64,000 nucleotides of DNA from Octopus vulgaris (lineage: Eukaryota): positions 56,668,001 through 56,732,000 of the forward strand of contig OX597816.1 in NCBI GenBank assembly GCA_951406725.2. Reading direction: 5' to 3'. The translations under genes were made by a program, and so were the position numbers. Shown in pieces: positions 14,828-29,470 of the stretch. Position 1 is the stretch's first letter; every line of letters begins with the position of its first letter. The notes beneath the pieces were generated by a model. The model did no database searches. It was given only the letters and a program-made list of their open reading frames with translations, and had not been told where the DNA came from.

Positions 14828-15007
14828 ATGGTGATGGTGGTGGTGGTGGTGGTGGTTGTAGTTGTAGCAGCAGCAGTAGTAGTAGTAGTACTAGCAGCAG
14901 CAGCAGTGGTGGTAGTATTAGTAGTAGTAGTGGTGGTGGTGCTGATGCTGGTGCTGTTGCTGATGATGTTATTGTTATTGTTGTTGTTTTTGTCTTTGTT
15001 GTTGTTG

Positions 15008-15039
<32 letters not shown>

Positions 15040-15470
15040 GGTGGTGGTGGTGGCTGCCACAGCAGCAGGAGCAACAATATTATTATTAGAAACGACAGAC
15101 AGACAGAACAGAACAACAGCAGTTGGCCACCGATAGCAGCTGCACCTGAAACAGCAGCAACAGCATCAGCAACTTGTAGGTGTTGCTATGGTTACGGTCA
15201 GTTCTATAAATGGCCTTCACGAAGGTCATCGGCCTGACAGACACACACATCGACTGATTCACTGCCGCCACCACCTGAAGCACCATCACCATCCTCATCA
15301 TCTACCGCCACCGAAACTGTACACCACCACCACCACCATCACAATCATCGCCATAGCCAACGACACCACCACCACCATCACTACTGCCAACACCACCACC
15401 ACCACCACCAACACCACCATCACCATCGCCACCATTACAGCAACCATCATCACTACGACCTTCACCAATA
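14725..15470. repeat. Mosaic trinucleotide low-complexity region
   Basis: (CAG)(AGT)(GGT)(GTT) runs followed by (CAC/CAT) runs. Confidence 0.9.
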
Positions 15471-16629
15471 AAAATCGCCTCACACACACACACACACACA
15501 CATTCGACCTTCACCTCACAGCTATCGCCATAACTCAGCGACCGACAAATTGACAAGCGCCGGCCACTCCTCCCGTACCCACCCCCACCGAATATTCGTT
15601 TAAAATTTGTTATCACCCCTTTTCTCCCCTTCTCATTATTAATTAGGAGACGTAATATTTGTCTTTTCGACAACTATGTTAATTACTCTTTGTCCGCTGT
15701 AGGGGGTAGTAGCGGCGGCGACGGCGGTGGTGGTGGCGGTGGCGGCGGTGGTGGTGATGGTGGCGGTGATGATGGTGGTGGTGAGCAAGTTTTAAAAACT
15801 TTAGATAAAGCAGTTTGTACGCCACCACCGCCCTTTTCAATTTCATTGCCCCACCCCCCTTCACCTGAGAAACACAGCCGTAGCTGACACTTTTACCACA
15901 CATCCCTATCATCATCATCATCATCATCATTGTACTAATCATATTTGTCTCGTATATGGCCATGTCTACCTGGACCAAACACAGTAGATTAATGTTCGTA
16001 TGTTAATGTTTATGATTAAGTCTACCGAGATCTGATACAGAGTCCTATGTCCATGTGTTAGTGTATACGTCTATGTCCACCTGTCTATGTTGGCCCTCGT
16101 ATGGCCCCCGTCAAGCTAGGCTAGATACAGTAGGTGTCTGTTCCGTGCCATCCTGTTTTATTCCATAAACCTATGTGTTATTCGAAGCACAATGGCTTGC
16201 GTAATCGAGAACAAGAGAGAGAGAAACATGATTGTGGCGATGCAGGGTGAAGGATTCGGCTGTTATTTCCGGTTGACAGGATGCTGGCTCAGACAGACAT
16301 GACAAACAGACAGACAGGCCGAGAGGCAGACAGAGACAGAGAGACAGACTGACTGACAGACAGACTGACAGATAGACAGACAGATGGACAGATAGAAGGG
16401 ACAGATAAATAGATAGACAGACAGATAGAGAGACAGACAGATAGACAGACAGATAGATAGATAGATAGACATACAGATAGATAGAGAGGCAGGCAGGTAG
16501 ATAGATAAGGTAGAGAGATAGACAGCCATCGTGAATACATAATATAAAACGTAATGCATGTAAGATGTATTTAATGCAACTGATGTAGGCATATATGTGA
16601 AGTATGTATGAATATAGAACATGCATGTG

Positions 16630-16686
<57 letters not shown>

Positions 16687-17467
16687 GTATGTATATGTAT
16701 GTATGTATATATATATATATATATGTGTGTGTGTATGTATTATGTTCTATGTATGTATAACAAACGTATGTATACATTGTGTTGTGGGTATATAAAGGGG
16801 AAGAAATAGTAACAGGTGCTGGAGTGTGACGTAAGAATCAGAACATCTTTCGAAAGCATGAATGAAGGTCTATACCACTTTCAGCAACATAGCTGAAGGG
16901 GGGAAAGGAGACAGGGAATGAGGGAGAGAAAGAAACATGTAGACAGACAGATCGACAGAGTGAGAGGGGAGAATGGAAGAGAGTGAGAGACAGGGAAAGT
17001 GAGTGGCTCCATCGGAAGTAGTCGAAACTATAAAGACTAGTCGCCAGCTAATGATGGGTATGTTCTACAATGGCAGGTCTATGTTTGTATGTATATATAT
17101 ATATATATGTATGTATACGTGCATACATACATACATACATACATACATTCACACACCTGTATATTTTTATTATAAAAGTTTCTGTAGGTATATCTATATG
17201 TTTAAGTGCGTGTTGTGTGTGTACGTGTTGCGTATATGTGTGCATTGGTGTAAAAATAGCTTCGACAAGTTCTTTTAGTCATGCTTTGCTTCAAATGTAA
17301 ATGATGTAAATGTAGTCTTTGGCAAATACAAAGGGGTCTCAGACAAGTCAGTGAGTTTAGCAGCAAAGAGTTTCCGTCTGTAAAACAAGAATACGCCAGT
17401 GCAATGGAATGGTGAGTATGTATGTGTGCGTGTGTGTGTGTATGTGCGCGTGTGTGTGTATGTTTGC

Positions 17468-17571
<104 letters not shown>

Positions 17572-17725
17572 GCACACGTGTATGCTTGCATGTATATATA
17601 TGTGGATATATGTATGTGTGTATGGGTTACCATACATCGGTCAATCCTTCACACACTTAAATTACGCTTTCGTAGTGTTTACATGTGTAGCGGTATGTGT
17701 ATGTGTGTATAAGCCTATGTATGTG

Positions 17726-17783
<58 letters not shown>

Positions 17784-17835
17784 GAAAGAGAGAGAGAGAT
17801 ACATACACACAGGCATATGAATACATACATACATA

Positions 17836-18347
17836 TCTATATATATAAAACTGTAGTTGTGTGAGTGTCTGTCCCCTTCGATTTAGATTCCTAACTACTC
17901 CCACATTTTGCGGTGCAGTTTAACCAAATTTGGGTATCTTATAGTCGTGATTCATATCGAGCCCGTCTGAGTATCAGCGCGCGTCTACGATGAGTCTACG
18001 ATTTTAAAAATAATTTAACATCATTTTTTATTCCATTTTAATGCATAATTTTTCGTGTGTCGATGGCGGCGGAGTTGGCGTCCATGGTCACACCTGCACC
18101 TGTTTGCTTCTCCCCTTCTTCCCTCCCTCGTGAAGCTGTGGGGAAGGGAGTGTAAGGAAATCAACGTCGTAAAGCGTTGTCAAGGAGACCAGCGTTCTTT
18201 TAGAACAACGACTTCATGGCTTGAAGACACCAAAACAGAAATGGCTAAGAAAGCCCGAATTGGCATCTATAAGGGAAGCAACTCTCTAAAAATGCTTATA
18301 TAGTTATTTTCCTTACAAACCCGAGCAACGCCGGGCGATACTGCTAG
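17836..18347 (+). mobile_element. Non-autonomous Helitron H1 with an extra ~215-bp internal segment
   Basis: A|TCTATATATATAAAA start, CCCGAGCAACGCCGGG hairpin, CTAG|T end. Confidence 0.85.
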
Positions 18348-18406
18348 TATATATATAAATGTAGAGAGGGCTAGGGTTAGGGCTTATGGGATTAGCCAAC
18401 AGGTTT

Positions 18407-18469
18407 TGGAATCTGATGATACGCCATAAAGCCGAGCCCTTTATGGACGGCAACCCTAAGGTAATTCCA
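18407..18469 (+). ncRNA. Type-I hammerhead ribozyme motif with one core mutation (GAAA>GCAA)
   Basis: Stem I TGGAAT/ATTCCA; CTGATGA; stem II CCATAAAG/CTTTATGG; stem III ACC-ctaa-GGT; cleavage triplet GUA. Confidence 0.75.
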
Positions 18470-18548
18470 CACACCGGCTTTATCTAACTTTAATATAGAC
18501 TGTTCTATATCATAGAGTATGCTTCTTTTTTCGGTTTTGCTTACGGAC

Positions 18549-18579
<31 letters not shown>

Positions 18580-19067
18580 GTTTATATATATATATATTCA
18601 CATGTAATATATATATGTGTGTGTATCTATGTATATATAGACGTGTGTGCGTGTGTATTTACGTCTGTTTGTATGTGGTGAGGTGCGTGTGTGCGTGTGA
18701 GGTACACAGTAGAAACAAATCATATTTCTTTTGAGAAGTTTGTGTCTGTGATGAAGAGGTCAGCACTTCGATCTCACCACGTGATTGGCTGATCCAATGT
18801 GTTTTGTGAAAGCCACTCATCGATCGAAGCCTTCCAAATGAAATTGCTCGAACAGAAATGGTGTGGATTGGATTACATCTGTTCATAAATACTCACAGAA
18901 TATTCCACCAATATTTCCTGATATTATTTTCTCCGAAACTCTCTTTCTTCAGCCACCACATTATTCTCTCTTTCTCTCTCTATCTCTTTCTCTCTCTTTC
19001 TCTTTCTCCTTCTTTCTCTTTCTCTTTCTCTCTCTTTCTATGTGTGTGTGTGTATAATTATTATTAA

Positions 19068-19386
19068 CTAGCACTATGACCCGGCAACGCGAGTACTGTC
19101 CAAATCTCCGACCAATCACATACAGCTAGCTGGCATTCAATTGGCATATCAAGTTTCGAGCATTTTGATTGGGTTTTGGATAGAAAATTCACAAAAAAGT
19201 CACTTCTATTGATTTTTTTAATGGCTTTGCGGGTGACTGGGGAAATGTAAAGATGTGCACGACCACCCTTAGGCGGTTTTGAATGACCATAGAAAGTGCG
19301 AGCCCTCTAACTGAAAAATTGTGAATTTGTATAAAGGGCACACACACACACACACAGAGACATTTTGCCGTTTATATAGAGAGAGA
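19068..19386 (-). mobile_element. Non-autonomous Helitron, family H2
   Basis: Minus strand starts TCTCTCTATATAAAC with (TG)n and ends ...CGCGTTGCCGGGTCATAGTGCTAG|T. Confidence 0.7.
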
Positions 19387-19402
19387 TGTTTATCGGAAGT
19401 AA

Positions 19403-19546
19403 CAGAGTGATGCAAGATCCGAGAGTTTCTTGTGTTGGAACTTACCAAAGTTTGATAAGTTCCAGCGCACGAGGGTGATCGAGGTCCGAGCGTTTCGTGC
19501 GTTGGCACTTATCGTAAGTGCCAATGCACGAAACGCTCGGGCTTTG
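19403..19546. mobile_element. Small double-hairpin palindromic element
   Basis: 26-bp-arm hairpin at 19486-19540 and a related hairpin at about 19429-19473. CAGAG..CTTTG ends are flanked by AGTAA on both sides. Confidence 0.6.
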
Positions 19547-19763
19547 AGTAACTTTGTTGCTTCTGCTAAATATTAATAATAATATACACATAGGCGCAGG
19601 AGTGGCTGTGTGGTAAGTAGCTTGCTTACCAACCACATGGTTCCGGGTTCAGTCCCACTGCGTGGCATCTTGGGCAAGTGTCTTCTACTATAGCCCCGGG
19701 CCAACCAATGCCTTGTGAGTGGATTTGAAAGACAGAAACCGAAAGAAGACTGTCGTATATATG

Positions 19764-19829
<66 letters not shown>

Positions 19830-19869
19830 TTGTGAGTGGATTTGAAAGACAGAAACTGAAAGAAGCCTG

Positions 19870-19918
<49 letters not shown>

Positions 19919-20266
19919 TACGACAGGCTTCTTTCAGTTTCTGTCTTTCAAATCCACTCACAAGGCATTGGTCGGCCCGGGGCTATAGTAGAAGACACTT
20001 GCCCAAGATGCCACGCAGTGGAACTGAACCCGGAACCATGTGGTTGGTAAGCAAGCTATTTACCACACAGCCACTCCTGCGCCGATGTGTATATTATTAT
20101 TAATATTTAGCAGAAGCAACAAAGTTACTCTAAGTCCGATCGTTTCGTGCATTGGCACTTACGATAAGTGCCAAACCACGAAACGCTCGGACCTCGAGTC
20201 ACTCTCGTGCGCTGGAACTTATCAAACTTTGGTAAGTTCCAACACAAGAAACTCTCGGATCTTGCA
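19411..20266. repeat. ~360-bp inverted duplication (hairpin element + spacer + SINE 5' half)
   Basis: 19411-19770 is the near-identical reverse complement of about 19908-20266. Confidence 0.92.
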
Positions 20267-20271
20267 GTAAT

Positions 20272-20496
20272 AAATGCTGTGTATATATATTCCGTGGAGT
20301 GGATATCCGTCTAATATTTGGCTCTTGCTGACTGATTGCACAGCATTGTAAGAAGAATAATGAAGGCGGGAAAGAGGGGGGGATTGGAAGAGATAGAGAG
20401 AACTGGGCTAAGGAACGTTTTCATCATGATGGTCCTCATCAACATTGTCACCATCACTACCACCACCACCACCACAACCACCGCCACCACCAGTAC

Positions 20497-20546
<50 letters not shown>

Positions 20547-20824
20547 ACATCAACATCATCATCTACACCATTAATGGGACCCTTATTGTCCTTATTCTAA
20601 TTATCATTCAGATATCTGCCATCACCAGATAATGTCTCCAGATGTGAAAGATGCGAGAGATGGTTGTGTGGGGGGATACGGAAGTCGTTTGCATAGGGAT
20701 GGCTTTGAGCCAGACGTTAAAGATGTGATAAAAAGATACAACTTATTGCTGTTTATTTAGCCCTAGGACAACCAATGCCTTGTGAGTGGATTTGAAAGAC
20801 AGAAACTGAAAGAAGCCTGTCGTA

Positions 20825-20900
<76 letters not shown>

Positions 20901-20942
20901 TTGTGAGTGGATTTGAAAGACAGAAACTGAAAGAAGCCTGTC

Positions 20943-20975
<33 letters not shown>

Positions 20976-21255
20976 TGCGTGGCATCTTGCGCAAGTGTCT
21001 TCTACTACAGCCCCGGGCCGACCAATGCCTTGTGAGTGGATTTAATTAAACGACCGATGCTGGTGTGTTTACGTCCCCGTCACTAACGGTTCGGCAAAAG
21101 AGACCGATTGAATAAGTACTGGGCTTACAAAGAATAAGTCCCGGGGTCGATTTGCTCGACTAAAGGCAGTGCTCCAGGATGGCCGCAGTCAAATGACTGA
21201 AACAAGTGAAAGAGAGTATATCTCATGTTTTGAGTTGTACTTTTTCTGTTTGCAT

Positions 21256-21327
<72 letters not shown>

Positions 21328-21406
21328 TATTTTACTATAAAATTGGGTTCAATCCTAAATCTGATTTTTGCCCTGTAAATTTGGATTTATTCCCTAATAT
21401 TTATTA

Positions 21407-21503
<97 letters not shown>

Positions 21504-21727
21504 CTTGTGTGTCTGTGCTTGACGACCGATGCTGGTGTGTTTACGTCCCCGTCACTAACGGTTCGGCAAAAGAGACCGATGGCATAAGTACTGGGCTTAC
21601 AAAGAATAAGTCCCGGTGTCGATTTGCTCGACTAAAGGCGGTACTCCAGCATGGCCGCAGTCAAATGACTGAAACAAGTGAAAGAGAGTATATCTCATGT
21701 TTTGAGTTGTACTTTTTCTGTTTGCAT

Positions 21728-21766
<39 letters not shown>

Positions 21767-22326
21767 GAGTTAGATGGGTAGTTGGGGAGATCTACCCGTG
21801 TAAAGATAAATATATATGTTACAATATGCAGAAGGTGCTATATAGTGTATATACAAATGCTGTGTATATACATTCCGTGGAGTGGATATCCGTCTAATAT
21901 TTGGCTCTTGCTGACTGATTGCACTGCATTGTAAGAAGGAGAATGAAGGCGGGAAAGAAGAAGAATGAAAGCAGGAAAGAAGGGGGCGATTGGAAGAGAG
22001 AGAGGGAACTGGGCTAAGGAACGCTTTCATCATGATGGTCCTCATCAACATTGTCACCATCACTACCACCACCACCACCACAACCACTACCATCATCATC
22101 ATCATCATCATCTACACCATTAATGGGACCCTTATTGTCCTTATTCTAATTATCATTCAGATATCTGCCATCACCAGATAATGGCTCCAGATGTGAAAGA
22201 TGCGAGAAATGGTGGTGTGGGGGGAATACGAAAGTCGTTTGCATAGGGATGACTTTGAGCCAGGCGTTAAAAAAGATGTGATAAAAAGATACAACTTATT
22301 GCTGTTTATTTAGCCCTAAGACAACC
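20272..22326. repeat. Local direct duplications
   Basis: 20272-20773 matches 21855-22326, and 21051-21261 matches 21523-21733. Confidence 0.92.
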
Positions 22327-22740
22327 CCGACCCAGCTGAGAGACCTACGATCAGCCAATCTGTGATTATCCATGACCAACCTGCCTCATAGGAGATGCCT
22401 GTCTAGAGCTACATTTTCTGATGTGTGATAATCTCATGTTTAAAGCAATAAAGCAATGATTAGAGGCAGATCTTGCTGCGATTTCTAGCAGATCTAGTGA
22501 TTACATAAAGGCATCAGTTGTTACAGAGGTCAGATATAGAACACCAGAGTCTTATCGGTTTTACAAGAGAATCCAACAACAATAAAAACAACGGTGGCAG
22601 CCATAACAAAGATAGCCACACCTACAACAACGATGATTACTACCACTACTATTACTACTGCTACTGCTACTACAATACTACCAGCAACTACCGCTACAGG
22701 AACAACAATAACAACAACAACAACCACTGATTAGACAATG

Positions 22741-22773
<33 letters not shown>

Positions 22774-23321
22774 GCCACAACGATAACAACATCAACAACT
22801 GACCGTTTTACAACATAAACAGTACAGACTGGTTTTTTCAAAACAGCGACGCCAAACGTCACTTTTTCTAAACCTGTCTGTGTGTGTGTATGTGTGTGTG
22901 TGTGTGTGTGCGCGCGCGCGCGCGCGTATGTATGCGTATGTGCAAGTGTGTGTCTATGCACTTATGAGAGTATTTGTGTATGTGTATACATATGTACATA
23001 TAAATATATAAATATATATATAAATATATATATATATATACATATGTGTATGTCGGTGTGTATGTGTATATTATGTATATGCATAGGTGTACGAGTGTGT
23101 GTATACATGTGATTGTGAGTGTGTGCGCGCGCGTGTGTATGTGTATGTTCATATAAATTTACGTGAACTGGTAACAAGTTTGTAGGAGAGAGAGAATGAG
23201 AGAGCGCGAGTGCTATATATATATATATAAAATATAAATTAGAGATAAAACCACTATTATGCAGCTCAAACAGTGATAAACATAAACCAAGTTATACTCG
23301 CTATTATACTCATTATTATTA

Positions 23322-23407
<86 letters not shown>

Positions 23408-23412
23408 TATGT

Positions 23413-23489
<77 letters not shown>

Positions 23490-23629
23490 TGTAGGGTAGC
23501 CCAAAAGTAGGCGCACAGTTATTCAACAATCTCTTCCGCATTTATATATTAGCAGTTTAGATCTTAATTATAAAAACACAGACACACAAACACACACACA
23601 CACATACATATATATATCTACATATATAT

Positions 23630-23775
23630 ACGACAGGCTTCTTTCAGTTTCCGTCTACCAAATCCACTCACAAGGCATTGGTCGGCCCGGAGCTATAGCA
23701 GAAGACACTTGCCCAAGATGCCACGCAGTGGGACTGAACCCGGAACCATGTGGTTGGTTAGCAAGCTACTTACCA
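23630..23775 (-). mobile_element. Fragment of the CORE-type SINE family A 5' half
   Basis: Reverse complement of 46245-46392. Confidence 0.9.
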
Positions 23776-24133
23776 TGAAATTAAAGCTGTAAAAAACATC
23801 TGAAAAATATCACAAAACAATACTATTTTTCGCACCTTGTTTCATATTTATGCTTACCCATACACATGCGCACACGGACATTTAGTCTTTTTTTTGCGTG
23901 GAGCGGAGGGGAGCGACCTACAACTTTTACAAAATCTCTGAGACACGAGAGAGGGAGGAGGAGGAGAGATCTTCCGACAGCGGACGGATCAGTCCCGAAT
24001 GCATGCAACAGATTGTGGATGCCTGCACAGATATACGCATGTGTACAGCTGCATGTGTGTGCATGTGTGAGTGTGTGTGTGTGTCGGTGCGTGAATGTCT
24101 GTGTATGACTAAAAAATGGTGATCAATTATTAA

Positions 24134-24164
<31 letters not shown>

Positions 24165-24235
24165 GTTAGGTGTGGGAGGGGGCTACAAATAAGAAAATTT
24201 GGAACAAATATAAACTGTGAAAATATGAATATCTG

Positions 24236-24281
<46 letters not shown>

Positions 24282-24306
24282 GGACAGACAGGACAGACAG
24301 ACAGAC

Positions 24307-24453
<147 letters not shown>

Positions 24454-24502
24454 CAGAAAGACAGACAGACAGATAGACAGACAGACAGACAGATAGATAG
24501 AT

Positions 24503-24558
<56 letters not shown>

Positions 24559-24607
24559 TTGTATAGCTATTTAAGAAATATATACACATATATGTCTGTG
24601 TGCGTGA

Positions 24608-24658
<51 letters not shown>

Positions 24659-25674
24659 TATATTTATACGTATATGAATTTTGATTAAGCGTGTGTGCTA
24701 GTGTGTGCATGTATGCACGTGTGTGTATGCGTGTGAGTGTGAGAGCGCCAGCAGTGCGCGCCCTAGCGCGCAAGCTTTCACCTTTCGCGTTGTCAGGTGA
24801 AAATGTGACAATTGGCGTCGCTAATTTCAAAATCCAGTCGATTTGGGAAGGAAAAATGAATAACAAAGAATAAATGGTTTGAAGAAGAAAACAAGATTAT
24901 AAAAGGGAAAACTGAATTGGAATATGAGTTTAGCCAGCTTTAGGCTACCTCTGTGTGGTTGCCCCGGGTTGGGGTAGGAAAGGCAGGCGTTTGTGAATGT
25001 ATTAGAACAATATGGTGAAATAACTTACGGTTTGAGGTGATGATGGTGATTATGATAACGATAGTGATAATGAAAATGAAGAAGCATAGGTGACGACAGA
25101 CAGAGAGGGGGACAGAGAGACAGAGACAAACGGACTGACAGACAGGCAGATAGACAGACGAACGAACACACTGAAAGACAAAGAAGAGAGAAGATGATAG
25201 AGATGATGATGATGATGATTGTGATGATGAAGAAGAAAAAAGACAGGTAAATGAATGCATTCAGAAAGGGAGAGAGAGAGAGAAAGAAAGAGGGAGGGAG
25301 GTATGTAAGAGGGCAGCAGAGTTGAGGTTATGGCGAAGGCCGACAAGAAGACTTGAACGTGAGACAGACGGCTTACCTTGACCTTGTCGGTGTGTGATGG
25401 TTGATGTTAGGAAGACCGAAGGAAAGGATTATGTCGAGGGATTATGTCAAGATATTCAGATTTCTGCTGCTGGTCGGTGTTACTGCTGGCTCGGAACGCG
25501 CGGAGTAACAGCGTTGAAGGCGAAGAGGGACAGCATGAGCAGGAAGAAGAGGGGGGGAAAAGAAGGAGGAGGAGGAGGAGGCGGAGGGGGAGGAGAAGGA
25601 ATTGAGTGACGGTAGGAGAAAATGAACAGATTTAGAGGTGCGTGTATATAGCCATGCATGTATGCACGTATGTG

Positions 25675-25740
<66 letters not shown>

Positions 25741-25930
25741 GTATATATATATATGTATATATATATACATACATATATACATATATACATACATATATAT
25801 AGATATATATATGTATGTATATATGTATATATATATATATATACATATATTCATACATATATATATGTATGCATAAATACAGGTGTATATGCGTGTATAT
25901 GTTATATGTACCTGTGTTGGTGAATTGTTG

Positions 25931-25973
<43 letters not shown>

Positions 25974-26031
25974 ATCTTTAAGTCTTTAACTAGTTTCAGT
26001 TTGAGACCTGCAGCTATGGGGAACGACCGTG

Positions 26032-26116
<85 letters not shown>

Positions 26117-26174
26117 CATATATATATATATATATACATATATATACATATGTGTGTGTGATAAATACACAAAC

Positions 26175-26206
<32 letters not shown>

Positions 26207-26471
26207 GTATATACATATGTATATATATTTATACATACACACATATATACATACATACTTACATAAATACATACATGCATACATACATACATGCATACAT
26301 ACATACATACATACATACATACATACATACATACATACATACATACATACATACATACATACATACATACACACTTACATACGCATACGTGTTTGAAAGG
26401 TGAGTGTTTATAAACGTATTGATTCGAGTGTGTTTTTGACTTTATGTCTTACTTCCTGTTTGGTGACTGGA

Positions 26472-26510
<39 letters not shown>

Positions 26511-26993
26511 ACACAAGCTCTCGCTTGTATCTGACCTGTTGCTTCGACGTAGCTGAGCGCTGAACCTAATTATCATATGGAAATAATCGTTCCAGCTGTG
26601 GCCATCTCGTCTGTTGTACATCATGTAGCCTTTCCTTTTATTTGAGACGGTTAAGGTGTGGTTTCTAACAATCTACCTGCCACCTCTTGCAATTGGAGCG
26701 ACCACTACTTGTTCTTATGTAGTAGTCTCACACTGTACCGACCTGTTGCATGCCTCAAGACACATGGCTGGCTCTGTGAAATAAAGTGGTGATCGGTAGC
26801 GTATGAAAGCGTATGTAAATATGAGCGTCGGTGTGTGTGTGTGTGTGTGTGCACGTGTGTGTGTGTGCACGTGTGTGTGTGTGTGTGTGTGTGTCAAGAG
26901 TACACACAGTCATATGTATTGGCGTAACCGAGTGGTTAAGAAGGATGTTTTGCATCCACAGAGTCTTCAGTTCGATCTCAGGGTCCTGAAATG

Positions 26994-27078
<85 letters not shown>

Positions 27079-27079
27079 C

Positions 27080-28030
27080 TTTCTTTATTGGCCACAAGGG
27101 CTTGTCACAGAGGGGAGAATTACAAATGTAGAGCTTTTCTTTTCGAAGATGGAAAAAGAAAAAGAAAAAAAGTGGTAAGTAGCTTGTTTACCAGCCACAT
27201 GATCCCGGGTTCAGTCCCACTGCGTGGCACCTTGGGCAAGTGTCTTCTACTATAGTCCCGGGCCGACCAAAGCCTTGTGAGTGGATTTGGTAGACGGAAA
27301 CTGAAAGAAGCCCGTCGTATATATGTATATATATATATATATATGCGTGTGTGTGTTTGTGTGTCTGTGTTTGTCCCCCTAGCATTGCTTGACAACCGAT
27401 GCTGGTGTGTTTATGTCTCCGTTACTTAGCGGTTCGGCAAAAGAGACCGATAGAATAAGTACTGGGCTTACAAGAGAATAAGTCCCGGTGTCGAGTTGCT
27501 CGATTAAAGGCGGTGCTCCAGCATGGCCGCAGTCAGATGACTGAAACAAGTAAAAGAGTAAAAAGAGTAAATGTAAAATTTTGATCAAAAGGGATCGTGT
27601 ATCACAGAAAGAAAATTTTTTTTTTGTTTCAAAGTAACAAACAAGATTATGTTCATCCGTTGAAAGAAAAGCCTACGGAAAAGACGACAGTAACCTCAGG
27701 CAGGGAGGAAATAAACACATGAGAGCAAAGTGCTTTCTCTCTCTCTCTCTTTTACGATTTACAGGATCATGCTCAAAGTGGTTTCGTCACTAGCACGCAC
27801 CATCTTTGATACATTCACCCACCTTTTTTTTTGAAACTTTCACGAGACAAAACATGCCTCTCCATTCTCACCCTCCTTTTCAAGTGGTACTTGAAAAAAA
27901 GTTGATGAGCCATTGGCCAGAGAGGTAAGTGCTGGTCTCTAAACCTTTCGCTCGAGTCCACCACACACATTCTTTCACCATAGCCACCAGTACGATGAAG
28001 ACTGCCTTGCCTTCCCGGTTGAGGGAAGGG
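27080..28030 (-). mobile_element. Tx1/L1-like LINE 3' end abutting (GATA)n, interrupted by a SINE
   Basis: Minus strand gives VAMVKECVWWTR...LINFF/KYHLKRRVRMER...FKKRW...LSMIL*; the 3'UTR ends AATAAAG followed by (TATC)n. Confidence 0.7.
27172..27570 (+). mobile_element. CORE-type SINE family A, nearly full length
   Basis: tRNA-like head, CACCTTGGGCAAGTGTCTT core, internal (TA)(TG) tract, AAAAGAGT tail. Confidence 0.92.
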
Positions 28031-28610
28031 GGCAGATAAGTTTAATAAGGATAAGTTTATGACATAGAATTAACAAATAACATCTTCATTAACGCTGCCA
28101 TTGAATTTAGGACGTTTATATTACTTATGATTTATACTGTATTTTTCAGCTAGAGTGTAATTGGGTCTCAAGGGGGTGATACAAGCTTAGCAATATGTGT
28201 TTTGTAGTGAAAATAAAATTTCCATTCAAATTGCAATTACCGGACGATTTTCTGTTCGAGTCTAACCGTAGTGGAAAAACGACCTATGTCGCAAATAGGC
28301 ATATGAGTATTGTATAAATTTTATAATTGCAAAATTTATAACATTTTGTACATATGTGTAGAGCAGCCTACAGACGCAATAAAATGGGTTCACGGGCGCA
28401 ATTGCGCCCGCGGGCGAAGGCTTCCTCACCACTGCTCTAGGAGCATGGTACTTCGCTAATAAGGGTCACTGCAATGTTATCGACTTTGCACAGACCTAAG
28501 GTATAAACTTAAATTTAATAATTTTTATCAATGAATTGTTTGTGATTCCATTTGTCGCGTGAATTGCGTAACTTCGCACGTGACAAAAAATAAAGGAAAC
28601 GTACGTAACA

Positions 28611-29421
28611 TAGGCTTGGTAGCGAGCAATGAGTAAAGAAGCGCTGCACGGACACACACACAAACACACACACACACACTGAGAATGGTAAAGAAAGAAT
28701 CATAGAGAGAAGAGGATGAGGAGGGGTAACTTTTCTTTTCCTCAATTAAAATAATTATTATTCACTCAGTGAAAACTATAACAAGCCTACGTAATATTCA
28801 TACCTTGGACTGGCCGAAGTGCTTTTTTACAATTGACCGGAGTATAACTAATCATCGTTCGATTATTCGAACACTATACTGTCCAAGTTCCTGCAAGAAG
28901 AACTGATGAGGTGATATGATGGATAACTTTGCTAGTACAGTAATCCGTCGCTATATCGCGGTTCACCTATCGCGGTTTATTATTTAAGCATACGTCGATT
29001 CCGCCGTGATGTTGTTTCGCGTTTATAATAAAATAAATATATACAAATTATAAAAATAATAAAATAAAACAATATACTGTACAGTACTGTTTCTGTTCGC
29101 GGATTTTCACCTATCGCGGTGGGTGGGGGACGTAACACCCGCGACTTTTGCCATCATGAGTAACGCAAGGAAAAACGCTACACAAACAATAATTGTAATT
29201 TAAGTTTTAGCAAATTTCTTGCTATTTAAATAAAGTGATGACAAGAATTCTAATTTTCAAAAGAAAACTATTTGTTATCTTAAAATAAAATTAAATGAAA
29301 CGAATTTCTCATTTGTAGCAATCCTTCCATAAATACTCGGTCATTCATTACCCCCTCCTCATCCTCTTCTCTCTATGATTCTTTCTTTACCATTCTGTGT
29401 GTGTGTGTGTCTGTGTGTGTG

Positions 29422-29470
<49 letters not shown>

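Noticed and set aside
13954-15237. 368-aa and 179-aa low-complexity ORFs
   Set aside because: They are composed almost entirely of di- and trinucleotide repeats, with no domain content.
19711-20945. CRISPR-like repeat/spacer pattern
   Set aside because: The repeats are SINE snippets separated by (TA)n in eukaryotic DNA, and there are no cas genes.
28902-28935. CTGATGAG, and similar cores at 36718, 44563 and 49500
   Set aside because: They lack a downstream GAAA with closing stems.
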